From: Squalus acanthias
Lineage: Eukaryota
Direction: 5' to 3'
Assembly: GCA_030390025.1 (NCBI GenBank)
Contig: CM059445.1
Span: forward strand, 58,032,001 to 58,096,000
Length of the DNA: 64,000 bases
Made by a program: the position numbers and the translations under genes. Below the pieces are notes generated by a model. That model was not told the origin of the DNA, did not search any database, and worked only from the letters and a program-made list of their open reading frames with translations. Position 1 is the stretch's first letter. The number at the start of each line of letters is the position of its first letter. Of the stretch, positions 23,201 to 34,143 are shown one piece after another.

Positions 23201-26200
23201 CCACATAATTCCCACTCCCACAGTTATCATCAGACACATGCCCGGTGCTGCAAAGAGTAGGAAAACACGGGAGATTACTTAAGTATCTTTTCACCCCCTT
23301 CCCCTAAGAACGTTATTTTGTTTTGCTAATCAATGTAATTACCCATTAAGAGTAGCACTAGAAGTTAAAATGAATTCCTTGTTCTAGCTCCAGTCTTTTG
23401 GACCTATTGGAACCAGACTTTGGAGAAACCATTGCCATGAATTCATACTCTGGTTGGCTCCAAGATGTCTCTTTCTCCAACCGAATGGTTAATGGTGTTG
23501 CAGGGGTCCAAGACCTTGGGCCTCCAGAAGATCTTAAAGTCACTGCAGTTGTTAATAAAGTGAGAGGGCTCCCATGTAAGGTTGGTGATGAGGAGGCGCT
23601 GCGTAAATCTGTACGATTCATTAGTCCTGGAGTGTCAAGCACGGTTGGAGTATTGACACCACCTTTGTCATTTCTTCTCAGATTAGAACGTGTGGCTCTT
23701 TGAACTGAGGTGGCCCCATTCGGTTCCACTGGAGATCTGCTTGGCTCTGGAGAAGATTGGCTACTGTGTGTTGGAAAGTGTAAAAGATTTGTAGGTTTAT
23801 TTGTCTGCTCCAAGTTGGAGTGTTCTTCTATCTGAGCTGGCTCTGCATTTAATAGAGCGATTGCAGTGTTCTGCTTTGGGGCTGAATAGGCCAGGGTTTC
23901 AGAATACTTGAAAAGTGTTGAATCAGTTTGTGAAGCTCCATCATTTCTAGTCCCACGTGGAGAATGGACACCCGCTTTTCTCTGAATTTTATGAAGAGTT
24001 ATTGTGCGCTCAGGTGACCAAGAGATTGATTGCTTTATATCATAGTCATGTTTTGTGCCCTTATCTTCGTTCTCTTTTGGTGTAGCCCTGTTATTTACTC
24101 TTGACTTCCCTTGAAAAGCAGTTGCTTGCTGGTCACTCTGATTGCTTCTATATTCCTCACTTTTGTAAGTTCTTGATAAAACACTATCAGAACTCCCTTC
24201 GCTTGTAAGCGTTACCTCTTCAGTCTCATCTGCCTTAAATGGCTTTGGACGTGTGATTGTTTCTGGGCTCTGTTTAGCTCTGGATGCATTAAGGAGCTGA
24301 TTTAGTGACAAATAAGAAGCTTCAGAAGGTTGGGACACATCACCTTGTGCCAAAGAGGGCAGCGGTGATGGGTTAAGTGCAGAAAGTTTCACAAATTGCG
24401 GCGTTTTTACAGGCATCCATCTAGCTGCTGGGGACAATGTGGGTGCTGAAAGTGGTTCTTGTACTGCACTAGAAATTGGCGCTGATCGATAGAGAAGAGA
24501 AGCAAACGAACGCACCAGAGCGCCAAGACCTTTGTCTGATGAGGTTGTCAAAGGCAGCGCCGTTACAGGAGGGAGAGCTAAATGGCTGTGAAAAATGGAA
24601 GCTAATTTTGTTGAAAAATATTTCCTTCCAGATTCTAAATGACCTGTTAATGCTATGCTGCGTGCTGAAGGTGATTCGGGGATGGTTTGTTGCGCCTGGG
24701 TAGTTCCCGGAGATCCATCCCGAGTTGTTCCATCATTGCTAAAATAATTTATAGGAGCAACTGTTGTGAAAGTAAGTGGCCTATTATTCTCCAATTCAGA
24801 AATAATGGGATTGTGCACTGTGGCAGCTGAGGGGATGGAATTGTTGGATGCAGACAATTTTGTATCTGGAATTATATTTTGTAGTGTTGCTGGTAATAAC
24901 TGTGCTGATGTAACATGTCTCGTGGGCCCAGCTTTAGGAACAGTCTTTGCTTTGTTTTTTAAACTGGCACCATCAAAAGTTGAAGAAGTTTTCAATGAGG
25001 TTGCTGACACATGTTGGGGTGGACCACTCAGTGGACTACTGTGCTGCACTTTAGGGCTCTCCGGGAAAGAAATGGTGTTTTTTGATGAAGTGGAAACCTT
25101 TAACGTTTTTTCCTGGGTTGCTGGAAGAGTGAAAGCGTTGCTTACAGTTGGCCCCATTTCTTTAGACGTTTGGTGCCCATTTTTCCCCTGTGAACTTAAG
25201 AAATGTTCATCCGAAGTCTGAGATAATGGAAGGCTGTCATTATTTTGGGATTGTGTTGACTGACTATTTTCTGTTGCAATATTTGATAAATAAATGGTTT
25301 GGGACTTACTTGCTGGTTGAGGATTAGGTGTGCTTGCAAATATCCTTGGTTTATCCTTGTGGGAGGCATTTTTCACCTTGGAATTGTGTGTATTTCGCAA
25401 AGATGTTTGAAGTATTGAAGGCCCATTTAACAATAATGCTAGCAGGGAAGGCACGACAGTGACATTAATGTTTAAAGATGACGTTGGATCTGAGCTTTCT
25501 GACAAATTGCTATTGGAACCTATAAGTGAGGAGGAAGTTGGAGTTTGCCTGCCTTTCTTCTCCGAGACAGCTGTGACAATAGGACCCACAGACTGATTTA
25601 TGGTCATGCATATAGAGGACGTCAAAAATATTTCTGAAAACAGGGAATGTTGAGCCTTGCCAGAGAGAGTTTTTATCATCATGTTTGACATTTGTTCTGT
25701 GACTGTGTCTCCAGTCTCTTCAAAAGTATCATTAGAAACCATAACAGGTTTTGGCAATGCTACAATTGATCGCTCAGAGACCTCCTGAAATAAAGGGGGC
25801 AGTGAATGAAGGCTCATAGTCATTAAAACTTTGGCAGTATGTTTTGTTGACAGCAGTGGAGTTGGTAAGACTACACTCATTGCAGCTTTGATTGATTTTG
25901 TGGTTTCAGGAGATGTTGCTTTAGGAGTTCGGAATGCCAATGTACTTGGGACAAGAGGAAACTGGTTAGCATCTGTTGTATACTCTTGACCAGGGATAGT
26001 TTTTCCCTTGAAAAGTACACCAATCATCATTGAAACAGCACTGTCTCCAATAAATGGAAACAGACCAGGACTAATGTCCTTGTTATTTGATGGTCTGAAA
26101 GATGCAATTGCTCGCTCTTGTGCTTGGTCCAGTGGTACATTTAAAGCCTGATTAATGGAAGTTGATAGAATTGGAGAGAGATGTAAGTTTTTGTAAGTTT

Positions 26201-29200
26201 TCAATGGAGCTGCTGAGGCATTTCTTCGTGAATTACCTAGTGGCGTTACAAGTATCTCAGCCACGGGTGTTGCATCAGGCAAGGAGTGTGTCATGGTTGT
26301 ATGGTCAGGTACATGTGTCAATGCGCTGAAAAAATCAGCACTGGATCTAGATGTTGTTGTCAGTGGAAATATCATCTGGTCTTTTCTGCTAGAGCTACTT
26401 GAGGTTGTGAACATGTGCAATGGTATCAAACATGTGACATTTACCCTATGGGCAATAGCCATGGTCACACGTGGTGTGGGATTATTGGCTCGTGTGGAAT
26501 GAATGTGCACACTGCTGTCTAATGTTTTTCTCATTTCTACATTGTCCTCTTCTCGATGTGAAACTTTTATCCTTCAGTGTTGTGTCCATTCCATTCTGAA
26601 ATAGGACTGAGATGGAGACAGGTGAGGCAGGAACTATCAGCTCTTCAATGCTTTCCATTTTAGATCTAGTTTGAGAGAGAGTCCGATGCACAAATGGAGC
26701 TGATTTCTCTGTCAGTGTTAATGAAGTTAGCCTCTGTACATTGGCAGATGCAACCTGTGCTTTCTCTTGTGGAGAAATAGTCACCTGCTGGTGTCCCTCA
26801 ATGTCTATCCTGCCAAGAGTGGAAAGAAATGCAGAGGGGACTGTGGCAGATGTTTCTGTGGTAATTGTAGGCTCTGTTGCCAGGTCTTTATTTGTGCTAC
26901 TAGTGATACCTGGGGATTGATCAGACGTAGTCTTTGAATAAAGATGTGAAGTGAAAATCGGGGGCTGGCTAATATTAACTCGAGCAGGAAACACATTTGC
27001 TTTCTCCAAACTAGCAGCTGCGCTGGAGGGTAGACCGGGATCTATGGATTGCCCCAGCTGCATGTTTGTCAATGGCTGTCGACTTTGTTCATTTGGAGCT
27101 GCGGGTGTGAAAGAGATCGCGACCCTTGGCGATTTAGTGGTCGTAAGGCGGTCACGAAAGCCTCCTCCCAATACAGTAAGTACATTCCCCGAGCCAGAAA
27201 TTGATAGGGGTGAACTGGTAATCTCCACAACAGGGTTGGTTGTCTCCCCAAGTCCTTCAACATTTGAGGCTTGTGCCCAGCCCGAAGCAGCAGCAGGGGG
27301 CAGTAATGAAGACAAGTTATGAATTGTAGGCGATGATACAATGTCCCCTTTTGCAGTAGAATCAATTGGTTTAGTTATCTCTGTGGTGCTCACCATGAAC
27401 ATGACAGACAATGGCTTTTGTGTCGGAACCATGGTGCTGTCACTGAAGTTTAGCTGCTGCAGTATCTTTGTAAAATGATTTTTAGGAGGCTATCAAAGGA
27501 GTTAGGGCTTTTACTGATTCTAATGAGGAGGAAGACAACGGTGGACTTACTGAACTCCTTTCATTTATGTTTAACATGTTAGTGATTTGGTTTGTCAATG
27601 GTGTTGCCCTGGAACTAAATTCTTCATCTATTATGTCTGCCGTGTGCACTGTAGTTCCTCCTGACTGGTTTGGAGAGATCCCACTTGCAGATGTTGGAAA
27701 AGTCCCCGCTGCCATTTTAACCAAATGCTCATCTTCCGCCTTAACTGACGGAGGCGTTACAGAATGTGCTCGGTGCCCTGTGGTAATTCTGAAAAGAGAC
27801 TGGTTCCTGTCATTGCTGAAGTGAGTAATGTTTTCAGAAACTGCAGGCTTTGAACAATGGGGCAGCAGCTATATGTGACGGCGATTTGGGGGTAGGTCCT
27901 AATTCTTGGGAACTGGTCGATGTTATAGTGAAGATTGGAAACTCAGGCGGCAAATGTGCTGCCTGGCCAGAGATTACCGGCGTGTCTGCGCAGCGTTTTG
28001 ACACATCTTGTATTTTTAGAACCGTTGATGATTCTGTAAAACGTCTTGGCCTCCATGTAGCGGACAGGAATTGAGTTCTCGCTGTAGGCGAGCCATGAGT
28101 GCTTTTGTGTGCGCCTGATTCAGAGTGACTGTTAGCAAGACTGCAAGAAGTCTGTGTTACAGGTAAACTAACCGGACTGTTGAGGAGGGCTCCATTGACC
28201 AGGAGGGGAACTGCAGTTCTTCCTGCCCCATTTGACAGTCTAGAGTTTTCAATGTTACTGATTCCCACATCCGATTGTACTGTGTCCATTTTAGTGCTTG
28301 GCTGCAGAGTATCTGAAGTCCTTTCTGTTGTTGGGGGACTCCTAATAATTATTTTAGGAGTTTGATTGCGTCCTACAGGTCGAGCTTCCACATCTGGAAG
28401 ACCACGAGAGAAAGTGGCCATTGATTTATTTAAATCGTCAATATCCAACTCCTGATGACTTGCAATTGCCGGGATCAACAGAGAAGGCGGGACAGAATTA
28501 ATCTTGTTTTCTTTAGTTGTGTTTGGAATTTGTTGAGTGACTAGAACTTCATCTGATGTCACAGGGCCCTTGGGTATATCTAATAATGTAACACCTGTGA
28601 TAAATCTAGAGGAAGCTGATTTAACCATTAAACTCTGTGCAGTTCTTCTTTTCATCACTGGCTGTGATGTGAGACTTAAGTTCCTTGCTCTTGTTGGACT
28701 TAAACTTTTGAAATCAGAGGAAAGAAAGTTGTCTCTTGCTGGGCTCAAACTTTTTGTTTCAGGGAAAAGAAAAGCTGCTGATAGTTTTGACGTGAAACTC
28801 AAGCCTCTTGTCTGAGCTGCAGTCGATTCCTCATTTGGGAAAGAGAGAGTCATTTCTTCCAAATGGCTGGCTGGCCTTACATGCGCGGCTTCACCCGTCA
28901 GTTCATTTTCACTCTCAAGAAGTCTAACCTCATTCTTATTTGTGGTCACAACATTTGCAGGTTTCGGTGCCAACGTTGAATATCTAGGCATGAACAAGGG
29001 TGTTGCACGCACTGATTCTAGAGGCACCGTAGCTGCTGTTGTCAAAGGCAGCAAAATATTTTGGGAAGAATTAGCTGAGATTAATGCACGTTTCTGTAAT
29101 GTTACTGGTTGAATTGTCTTTGTAATTTCAATACCATTAGGTGTCAAATTCACATTTTCTTTTCCTGTTGGCCCTGAAAATATTGATGCCAATTTTGTGT

Positions 29201-31093
29201 TTCCAGACACTGTGGTCCCTATTGGCATTGACTGCTTAATTTCTTCTCTTCTGCTAGAAGTGACGACAAGTGATATTGGAGGAGTAACTGTTAGCGCTAA
29301 TAAAGGACTCTTTTCACTCAGCTCGAAGGAAGCTCCGATTGCTTTTGGTGTGCGTTTCTCACGTGATGCCACTGATTTGCTGCTTTTGAACAACAGCACT
29401 GACGCCCCCTGATTCACTGCCTGGCTCTTCAGCTGCCCACTGGCATCTCTACCCACTGCCTGCGATGGTGATGAAGTCTGCGTTGGCTGTGGATCTTCAG
29501 ACATTGGTTGCGTGGATGTTACAACAGATCTGTCTTTACTGAGCATCTTTGCTGAGATGCCCAAGCCTTCATCTGCAGGAGTTTCTTTGGCCAGTCCAGG
29601 CATTCCATTTGGGGAAGTGCTGAGGCCTTGATCAACTGTTGGCGTCATTACGAAGGATCTAGCCCCTAAAGGGGAATTGGATAAGCTTTTGAAGTCCTTT
29701 TGCACCTTTCTGACCGAATACTTTGATATCTCCTTTGTGGAAAACATGCTATCTGAAGCTGGTCGGTTGGTTTTCATGTTAAAACTCATCAGATGCTTTG
29801 GTATTTCTTGTCCAAAAGATGCTTTAAGGTTTTCATTTCCTCGGACAGTTAATTCAGGAGTTATTGAAGGAACATTTTCATCAACTAAATATTTTGCAGA
29901 TGTAAAGGGATGCTTTTCCGTAGTCATTTGATCAATTCCAGTTTGGGGTTCGCTTTGTTTACCATCAAAATAACTGGAGGCAGACTTTTGAAAAGTAGTT
30001 GCATGAGATTTTGCAGGTAAAGGGAGTGCCAGATGCAGTGACAGTGTTGCTGCTGTGTCTGAAAGGTCCTTTGGCTCATCTGAAAGGTCTGTTGCTTCAT
30101 CTGACAGCCGCAGAGTTTCACTAATGGGGACTGCAGTGGGCAGCAATGATGAAGAGCTAATGTATCGCAGAATAGACATGTGTTTTTGAGACCAATAAGG
30201 CACATTAAGTCCTTCTGTCAATGTACTGTTGTGTTTGGAGCCCCAGAACGCTGATTGATTTCTTTTAACACCAGAAGTACTTGTCACTGCTGAAGAGAAC
30301 GTTTTATATACGAGGGTATTGTGGTTTTCATTTCCTTCTGCACCTGGTAAGTACAACACAGCAAATGAATTACTTGAAGTTTCATTTTCTCACGGCATAG
30401 TAACCTTTCTAAACAAAATCTGTCTGAGACAGTTTAAGATCAGGAGCAAAGTAGCAGGGGAATAAGCCAGCAGCAGTGATCCCAGCCAACATGCCACTAG
30501 CTAATGTAGTCAGAGCTCTTACGTTCTCCAGCCCAACGGAGCCACAAGGATTCAAGATCAAATTGTCTCAATCTTTCATCTTGGATTTCTCCCAGTGAAT
30601 GGACAGAAAGGCAAAAAAAAAAGAAGTGCTTTGTAGAGCACCTTATCTCACCTCTCAGAAAGATCTGTTACCATTCTTCATGCAAGCCTAAAAAGAAAGA
30701 CTTGCATTTATATAGTGCATTTCACGTCCCAATGTCAGGACGTCCCAAAGCACTTCACAGCCAATGAAGTACTTTTAAAATGTGGTCACTGCTGTAATGT
30801 AGGAAATGCAGCAGCTAATTTCCGCACAGCAAGGTCCCACAAACAGCAATGTGATGATGACCAGATCATCTGTTTTAGGTGTTGGTTGAGGGATAAATAT
30901 TGGCCCCAGGACACTCTAGGTCAAAATAGTGCCGTGGGATCTTTTACATCCATCTGAGGAGGCAGACGGGGCCTCGGTTTAACGTCTCATGTGAAAGACG
31001 GCACCTCCGATCGTGCAGCACTCCATCAGTACTGCACTGGAGTGTCAACCTGGATTTTATGCTCAAGTCTCTGGAGTGCGAGTCGAACCCACA

Positions 31094-31124
<31 letters not shown>

Positions 31125-34100
31125 TCTGAGCCACCGTTAACACACAACTAACACAGCCTACACAGTGAATGTCAGCAGGCTACTTGACCACATCTGGCAA
31201 CAGGACCATGGCATTCTCCATCCAAAGTGTATACAGTCTACTCCTCTTAAGTTGCTTGATACAAATAATATGATAATTTAATTATTTTTATTCCTAAATT
31301 CCAACTTTGCTATGTTATTTTCATTGCTTAATTCAAATCATTGGATAATTTTTTTTTTTTTTAGTGCAAAGATCATTGCAAATTTTCAGGAGTAGTCTGC
31401 AATAGCTTAAAAAATACATATCTGTTTGTAAACACTTAACAACTTAATATATTTTTAAGGTATTTATAAAAATTTGACTGAAAACATGATTGATAAATAT
31501 TTAGTTACAAGTTTTCAGGGTCAGTGACAAATCTGTTTAATTCCCGTCGGAATTCTCTTCACATAATGAACCTGGAAGCTTCCAACAAAATACTTTGAGA
31601 TACTTGGGTTGCCTTTTTGGTTTACTGGAACTGTTATGTTGTGATGGATCTTTCCTGCAGAATAAGTCTCAACAATATTTTTTTCCAATTTGTCTGAAAT
31701 TAAACAAGATAATGGAAGTTTGATTTCAGTGTCTTACTCCAGCAGTGTGGAAACTATTTCAACAACAACTTGCGTTTCTACAGTAGTAAAACCTCCCAAG
31801 GTGCTTCACATGAGCGATTATCAAACACAATTTGACACCGAGCCACATAAGGAAATATTAGGGCAGATGACCAAAAGCTTGGTGAAAGAGGTAGGGTTTA
31901 AGGAGCGTCTTAAAGGAGGAAAGAGAGGTAAGCGAGGCGGAGAGGTTTAGGGAGGGAATTCCAGAGCTTGGGGCCTAGGCAGCTGAAGGCACGGCCGCCA
32001 ATGGTGGAGCGATTAAAATCGGGGATGCTCAGGAGGCCAGAATTAGAGAAGCGCAGATATCGAGGACTGTGGATTACAGAGATAGGGAGGGCTGAGGCCA
32101 TGGAGGGATTTGAAAACAAGGATGAGAATTTTAAATCGAATAGCATACCAGTACTCATTGTCTAGACTGGTACATGAAAAATGCTCACTTGGTTGAGGCA
32201 CTAGGAGGCGTCCAGTGACCTTGGACCCACAATCCAGTACAAATCAGCATCTTCACAGAATGATATACAGAAGGAGGCCATTCGGCCCATCATGCCTGTG
32301 CTAGCTCTTTCAAAAAGCTATCCGATTAACCCCCTTGCTCTTTCCCCATAGCCCTGCAAATGCTTCCCCTTCAAGTATTTATCCGATTCCCTTTTGAAAG
32401 TTATTATTGAATCTACTTCCAGCGCCCTTTCAGGCAGTTCTGGAATTCCCTCCCTAAACCTCTCTGCCTCGCTACCTCTCTTTCCTCCTTTAAGACGCTC
32501 CTAAAAAACCTACCTCTTTGACCAAGCTTCTGCCCTAATATCTCCTTACGTGGCTCAGTGTCAAATTTTGTCTGATAATCGCTCCTGTGAAGCACCTTGG
32601 GATGTTTTACTACGTTAAAGGCGCTATATAAATACAAGTTGTTGTTGTTGTATTCCAGATCGTAAGAACTCGCAGCATAAAAATATTTTTCCTCATATCG
32701 CCTCTGTTTTTTTTGCCAATTACCTTAATGTTAATCAAGAGTGAATGGGACAGGCCGTTCATTACTTAGACTACAGATTTTACCAGCTTTTCGACCTTGG
32801 TGCATGGAGCTTCACCGGTTTTGGTTGTTGTCTGCTTACACTATTCTCTGAACAAGTACTGCTGTTAAATTACTCTCAGAAACAAAAGAAAGCTGGGTCA
32901 GTATCTATTCTCAGGAATTGCTTTGCTATGGCTGGAAGTATTTCATTGTAATGATCATTTATTGTTTCCTACTGCCAGAAATAGCTGCTTAGGAAACAAC
33001 AAATCAGAACTTTACCTAATGGAAAAATAAATCAAGTGTTTATTTCAAAACCTAATATGTGGCAGTGTACAAGCTGAAGGCTTTTTTATCTAACAGAATC
33101 TCACTCTGGGTCCAATGTAAACCCACACTCCCTCTTTTTTGTTATGTACCAAGGGTGACCCATCAAGGCTGTTTATTTCTCCACCCCCAAAGTCCTCCCC
33201 GGCTCTCTTGAAGGCATTGGGGCAGAATTAGGACAGTGCCGAAACTGAGCGCTGTTCCACCAGCTCGTCGGGAAGGAGAGGCCCGAGAAACATCCGAAAG
33301 TCCGGAGGAAGAGGGATGACGATCAGGAGGGGGCAAACGCGAGCCAGCAGCAGCCCACGATTGTTTTGTGCGCTCCTGCTCCTCCCGACTCCTCAAAAAA
33401 CAATATTTCCCTAAGGTTTTGGGGCCTTAGGGATCGGTGGTGAGGTCGCTTAAGACCCGGAAATACTAGTCGGAGCTTCTGGGCCCTGGCCCCCACCAAG
33501 GCCACCTAGACCAATTTAGCAGTGGTCCGGACGCCTGTGCAGATTGGGCGCAAGTCGCTGCCTTGATAAATTGGCTATTATTGTGCCTATTTTATTCTTG
33601 TAAAACAGGCGCAACCATGTTGAATTTCTGCCCCATTGACTCTCTTGGTTACAGTTCCAGAGGCACCAACAGCGAGTCAATACCTTATCAAAGTGGCCAT
33701 GCTTTATGAGTGAGCCCAGATATTGAACAGCAATAGGTTTGCCAGGCAGAGCATTGCATCCAAGCAAAAATTCTCTATGCACCCAATATTGATTTACTAA
33801 CAGGAGTCACCAGATACTGAGCAGGAATGGGTGTCTTGGATGATTCCCCGGCACTCCCATCATCAAAAAATAGAGGCAAAAAGTAGCACCCCAATTGATA
33901 GCCCCAATGACACCTGGTAACTCAGCATAGACCGGCAATCAAAGGTATGACCTTCTGGTTTCCTCGGCTCAGTACCAGACCTTGTGGTGCATTTACTCCC
34001 TAAGACATGAGGATATAGAGTTTAACCACACTTCTGTACACCATAATATTTCAATAGGAGACAAAAAACTGGGGGCAAAACCGAGTACAGCACCTACCTG

Positions 34101-34143
34101 ACTGAAGTAACATCCGGACTGTCAACAACAGAAGGATCAGCAT
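14100..34143 (-). CDS. Uncharacterised mucin-like, ZP-C-only type I transmembrane protein (6 coding exons, ~2,527 aa if three frame breaks are corrected; may be a pseudogene or contain assembly indels)
   Basis: Exons 34098-34143, 23449-30343, 23014-23247, 19741-19894, 17755-17884 and 14100-14227 all have GT/AG boundaries with compatible phases (1,2,2,0,1). Domain order: signal peptide, S/T/P-rich stalk, ZP-C, EHP, TM. Confidence 0.75.
14551..14754. mobile_element. Hairpin-shaped Penelope-like mini-insertion with hammerhead core, inserted in a CR1 fragment
   Basis: Perfect 85-bp inverted repeat 14548-14632 / 14640-14724 with a 7-nt loop and 30-nt tail; 12-bp TSD AAGAAAAGAGGA at 14539-14550 and 14755-14766. 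Confidence 0.8.
14605..14641 (-). ncRNA. Minimal type I hammerhead ribozyme motif
   Basis: Minus strand TCAC-CTGACGA-A-GGAGC-AGC-GCTCC-GAAAGCTT-GTGA: CUGANGA and GAAA cores, stem II GGAGC/GCUCC, stem I UCAC/GUGA, palindromic AGCU stem III. Confidence 0.7.
14767..15160 (+). mobile_element. CR1 LINE 3' fragment
   Basis: CR1 ORF2 C-terminus and 3' UTR. Confidence 0.75.
15703..16350 (+). mobile_element. CR1 LINE 3' fragment
   Basis: [19 protein letters not shown]. Confidence 0.8.
16841..17297 (+). mobile_element. DeuSINE inserted into a minus-strand CR1 (16748-17630)
   Basis: Full SINE flanked by TTAGTC on both sides; the CR1 3' UTR is continuous across it. Confidence 0.75.
17755..17884 (-). 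CDS. ZP-C mucin gene exon 5: last Cys, linker and external hydrophobic patch (EHP)
   Basis: TTTAAAG|GGC...CCTG|GTATTT; GCSEPTPYHMEETIRGGYRDTGNVVSFGPLHRAMEDRVDNGAP; VVSFGPL is a typical ZP EHP. Confidence 0.85.
18225..18956. mobile_element. GC-rich Harbinger-like MITE (left end degraded)
   Basis: GCGCCTCCCATTAGCGCC subterminal motif as in the other MITEs; right end GCAATTTCTGGCCC. Confidence 0.6.
19045..19580 (-). mobile_element. CR1 LINE 3' fragment
   Basis: VTRGHRFKL; CATAGAATCATGGAA tail. Confidence 0.75.
19741..19894 (-). CDS. ZP-C mucin gene exon 4: C-terminal half of the ZP-C domain
   Basis: TTTCAG|G...AAG|GTGAGT; SLICRHVHLFQNGHSQAAKFTIQIFEMANYSSVYLHCKVSICLRNYSDCIK carries the ZP-C signatures NG-x-S..F-x-x-x-x-F and VYLHC-x-V-x-IC. 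Not in the ORF track. Confidence 0.9.
20820..21621. mobile_element. GC-rich non-autonomous DNA transposon (PIF/Harbinger-like MITE)
   Basis: Ends GGGGGGAAAATTCGGT / ACTGAATTTTCCCC, 3-bp TSD TAT; same family as 35177-36066 in the opposite orientation. Confidence 0.75.
21787..22105 (+). mobile_element. CR1 LINE 3' fragment
   Basis: Same subfamily as 251-549. Confidence 0.8.
22422..22456. repeat. (GACA)n(GAAA)n microsatellite at a SINE tail
   Basis: Visible tetranucleotide run. Confidence 0.85.
22445..22805 (-). mobile_element. Rearranged DeuSINE (minus-strand tail joined to plus-strand body)
   Basis: 22445-22635 is the reverse tail; 22636-22805 is the forward head/Deu domain. Confidence 0.6.
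23014..23247 (-). CDS. ZP-C mucin gene exon 3: N-terminal half of the ZP-C domain
   Basis: TTTGCAG|C...ACCAG|GTAAGG; GNYVVRMNL...EDLYVTVALETNSSRVILALPSCCLSPTSRPEESNTICCIFT matches the start of ZP-C (IHP-like strand, LYV, C-x-x-(S/T)P). Confidence 0.85.
23449..30343 (-). CDS. ZP-C mucin gene exon 2: 6.9-kb Ser/Thr/Pro-rich mucin-like exon with three +1 frame breaks
   Basis: Acceptor TTACCAG|GT at 30343. Consecutive S/T/P-rich ORFs 27834-30359, 27482-~27860, 26482-~27490 and 23358-~26570 tile the interval. Phase-2 donor CCAGA|GTATGA at 23449 (alternative AG|GTCCAA at ~23404). No recognisable transposon inside. Confidence 0.7.
30692..31143 (-). mobile_element. DeuSINE
   Basis: Same family motifs. 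Confidence 0.72.
31760..32137 (-). mobile_element. L2 LINE 3' fragment
   Basis: STIGGRAFSCLGPKLWNSLPKPLR. Confidence 0.75.
34098..34143 (-). CDS. ZP-C mucin gene exon 1: signal peptide
   Basis: ATG CTG ATC CTT CTG TTG TTG... = MLILLLLTVRMLLQS, donor CAG|GTAGGT (phase 1). Joins the next exon to give LQSGAEG-NENH, a plausible A-x-G signal peptidase site. Confidence 0.65.

Noticed and set aside
17755-23247. Naming the ZP gene UMOD, GP2, UMODL1, TECTB or TGFBR3L
   Set aside because: No ZP-N, EGF, D8C or other diagnostic domains, and the synteny does not fit; orthology needs a phylogeny.
23394-23405. RSKR furin-like site at the end of the 1058-aa ORF
   Set aside because: It lies at or beyond both candidate donors, so it is intronic in the spliced model.
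23358-26534. 1058-aa ORF (and the 841-aa and 316-aa ORFs) as stand-alone single-exon genes
   Set aside because: No signal peptide of their own; they tile one large exon bounded by splice sites that join in phase to the signal and ZP-C exons.
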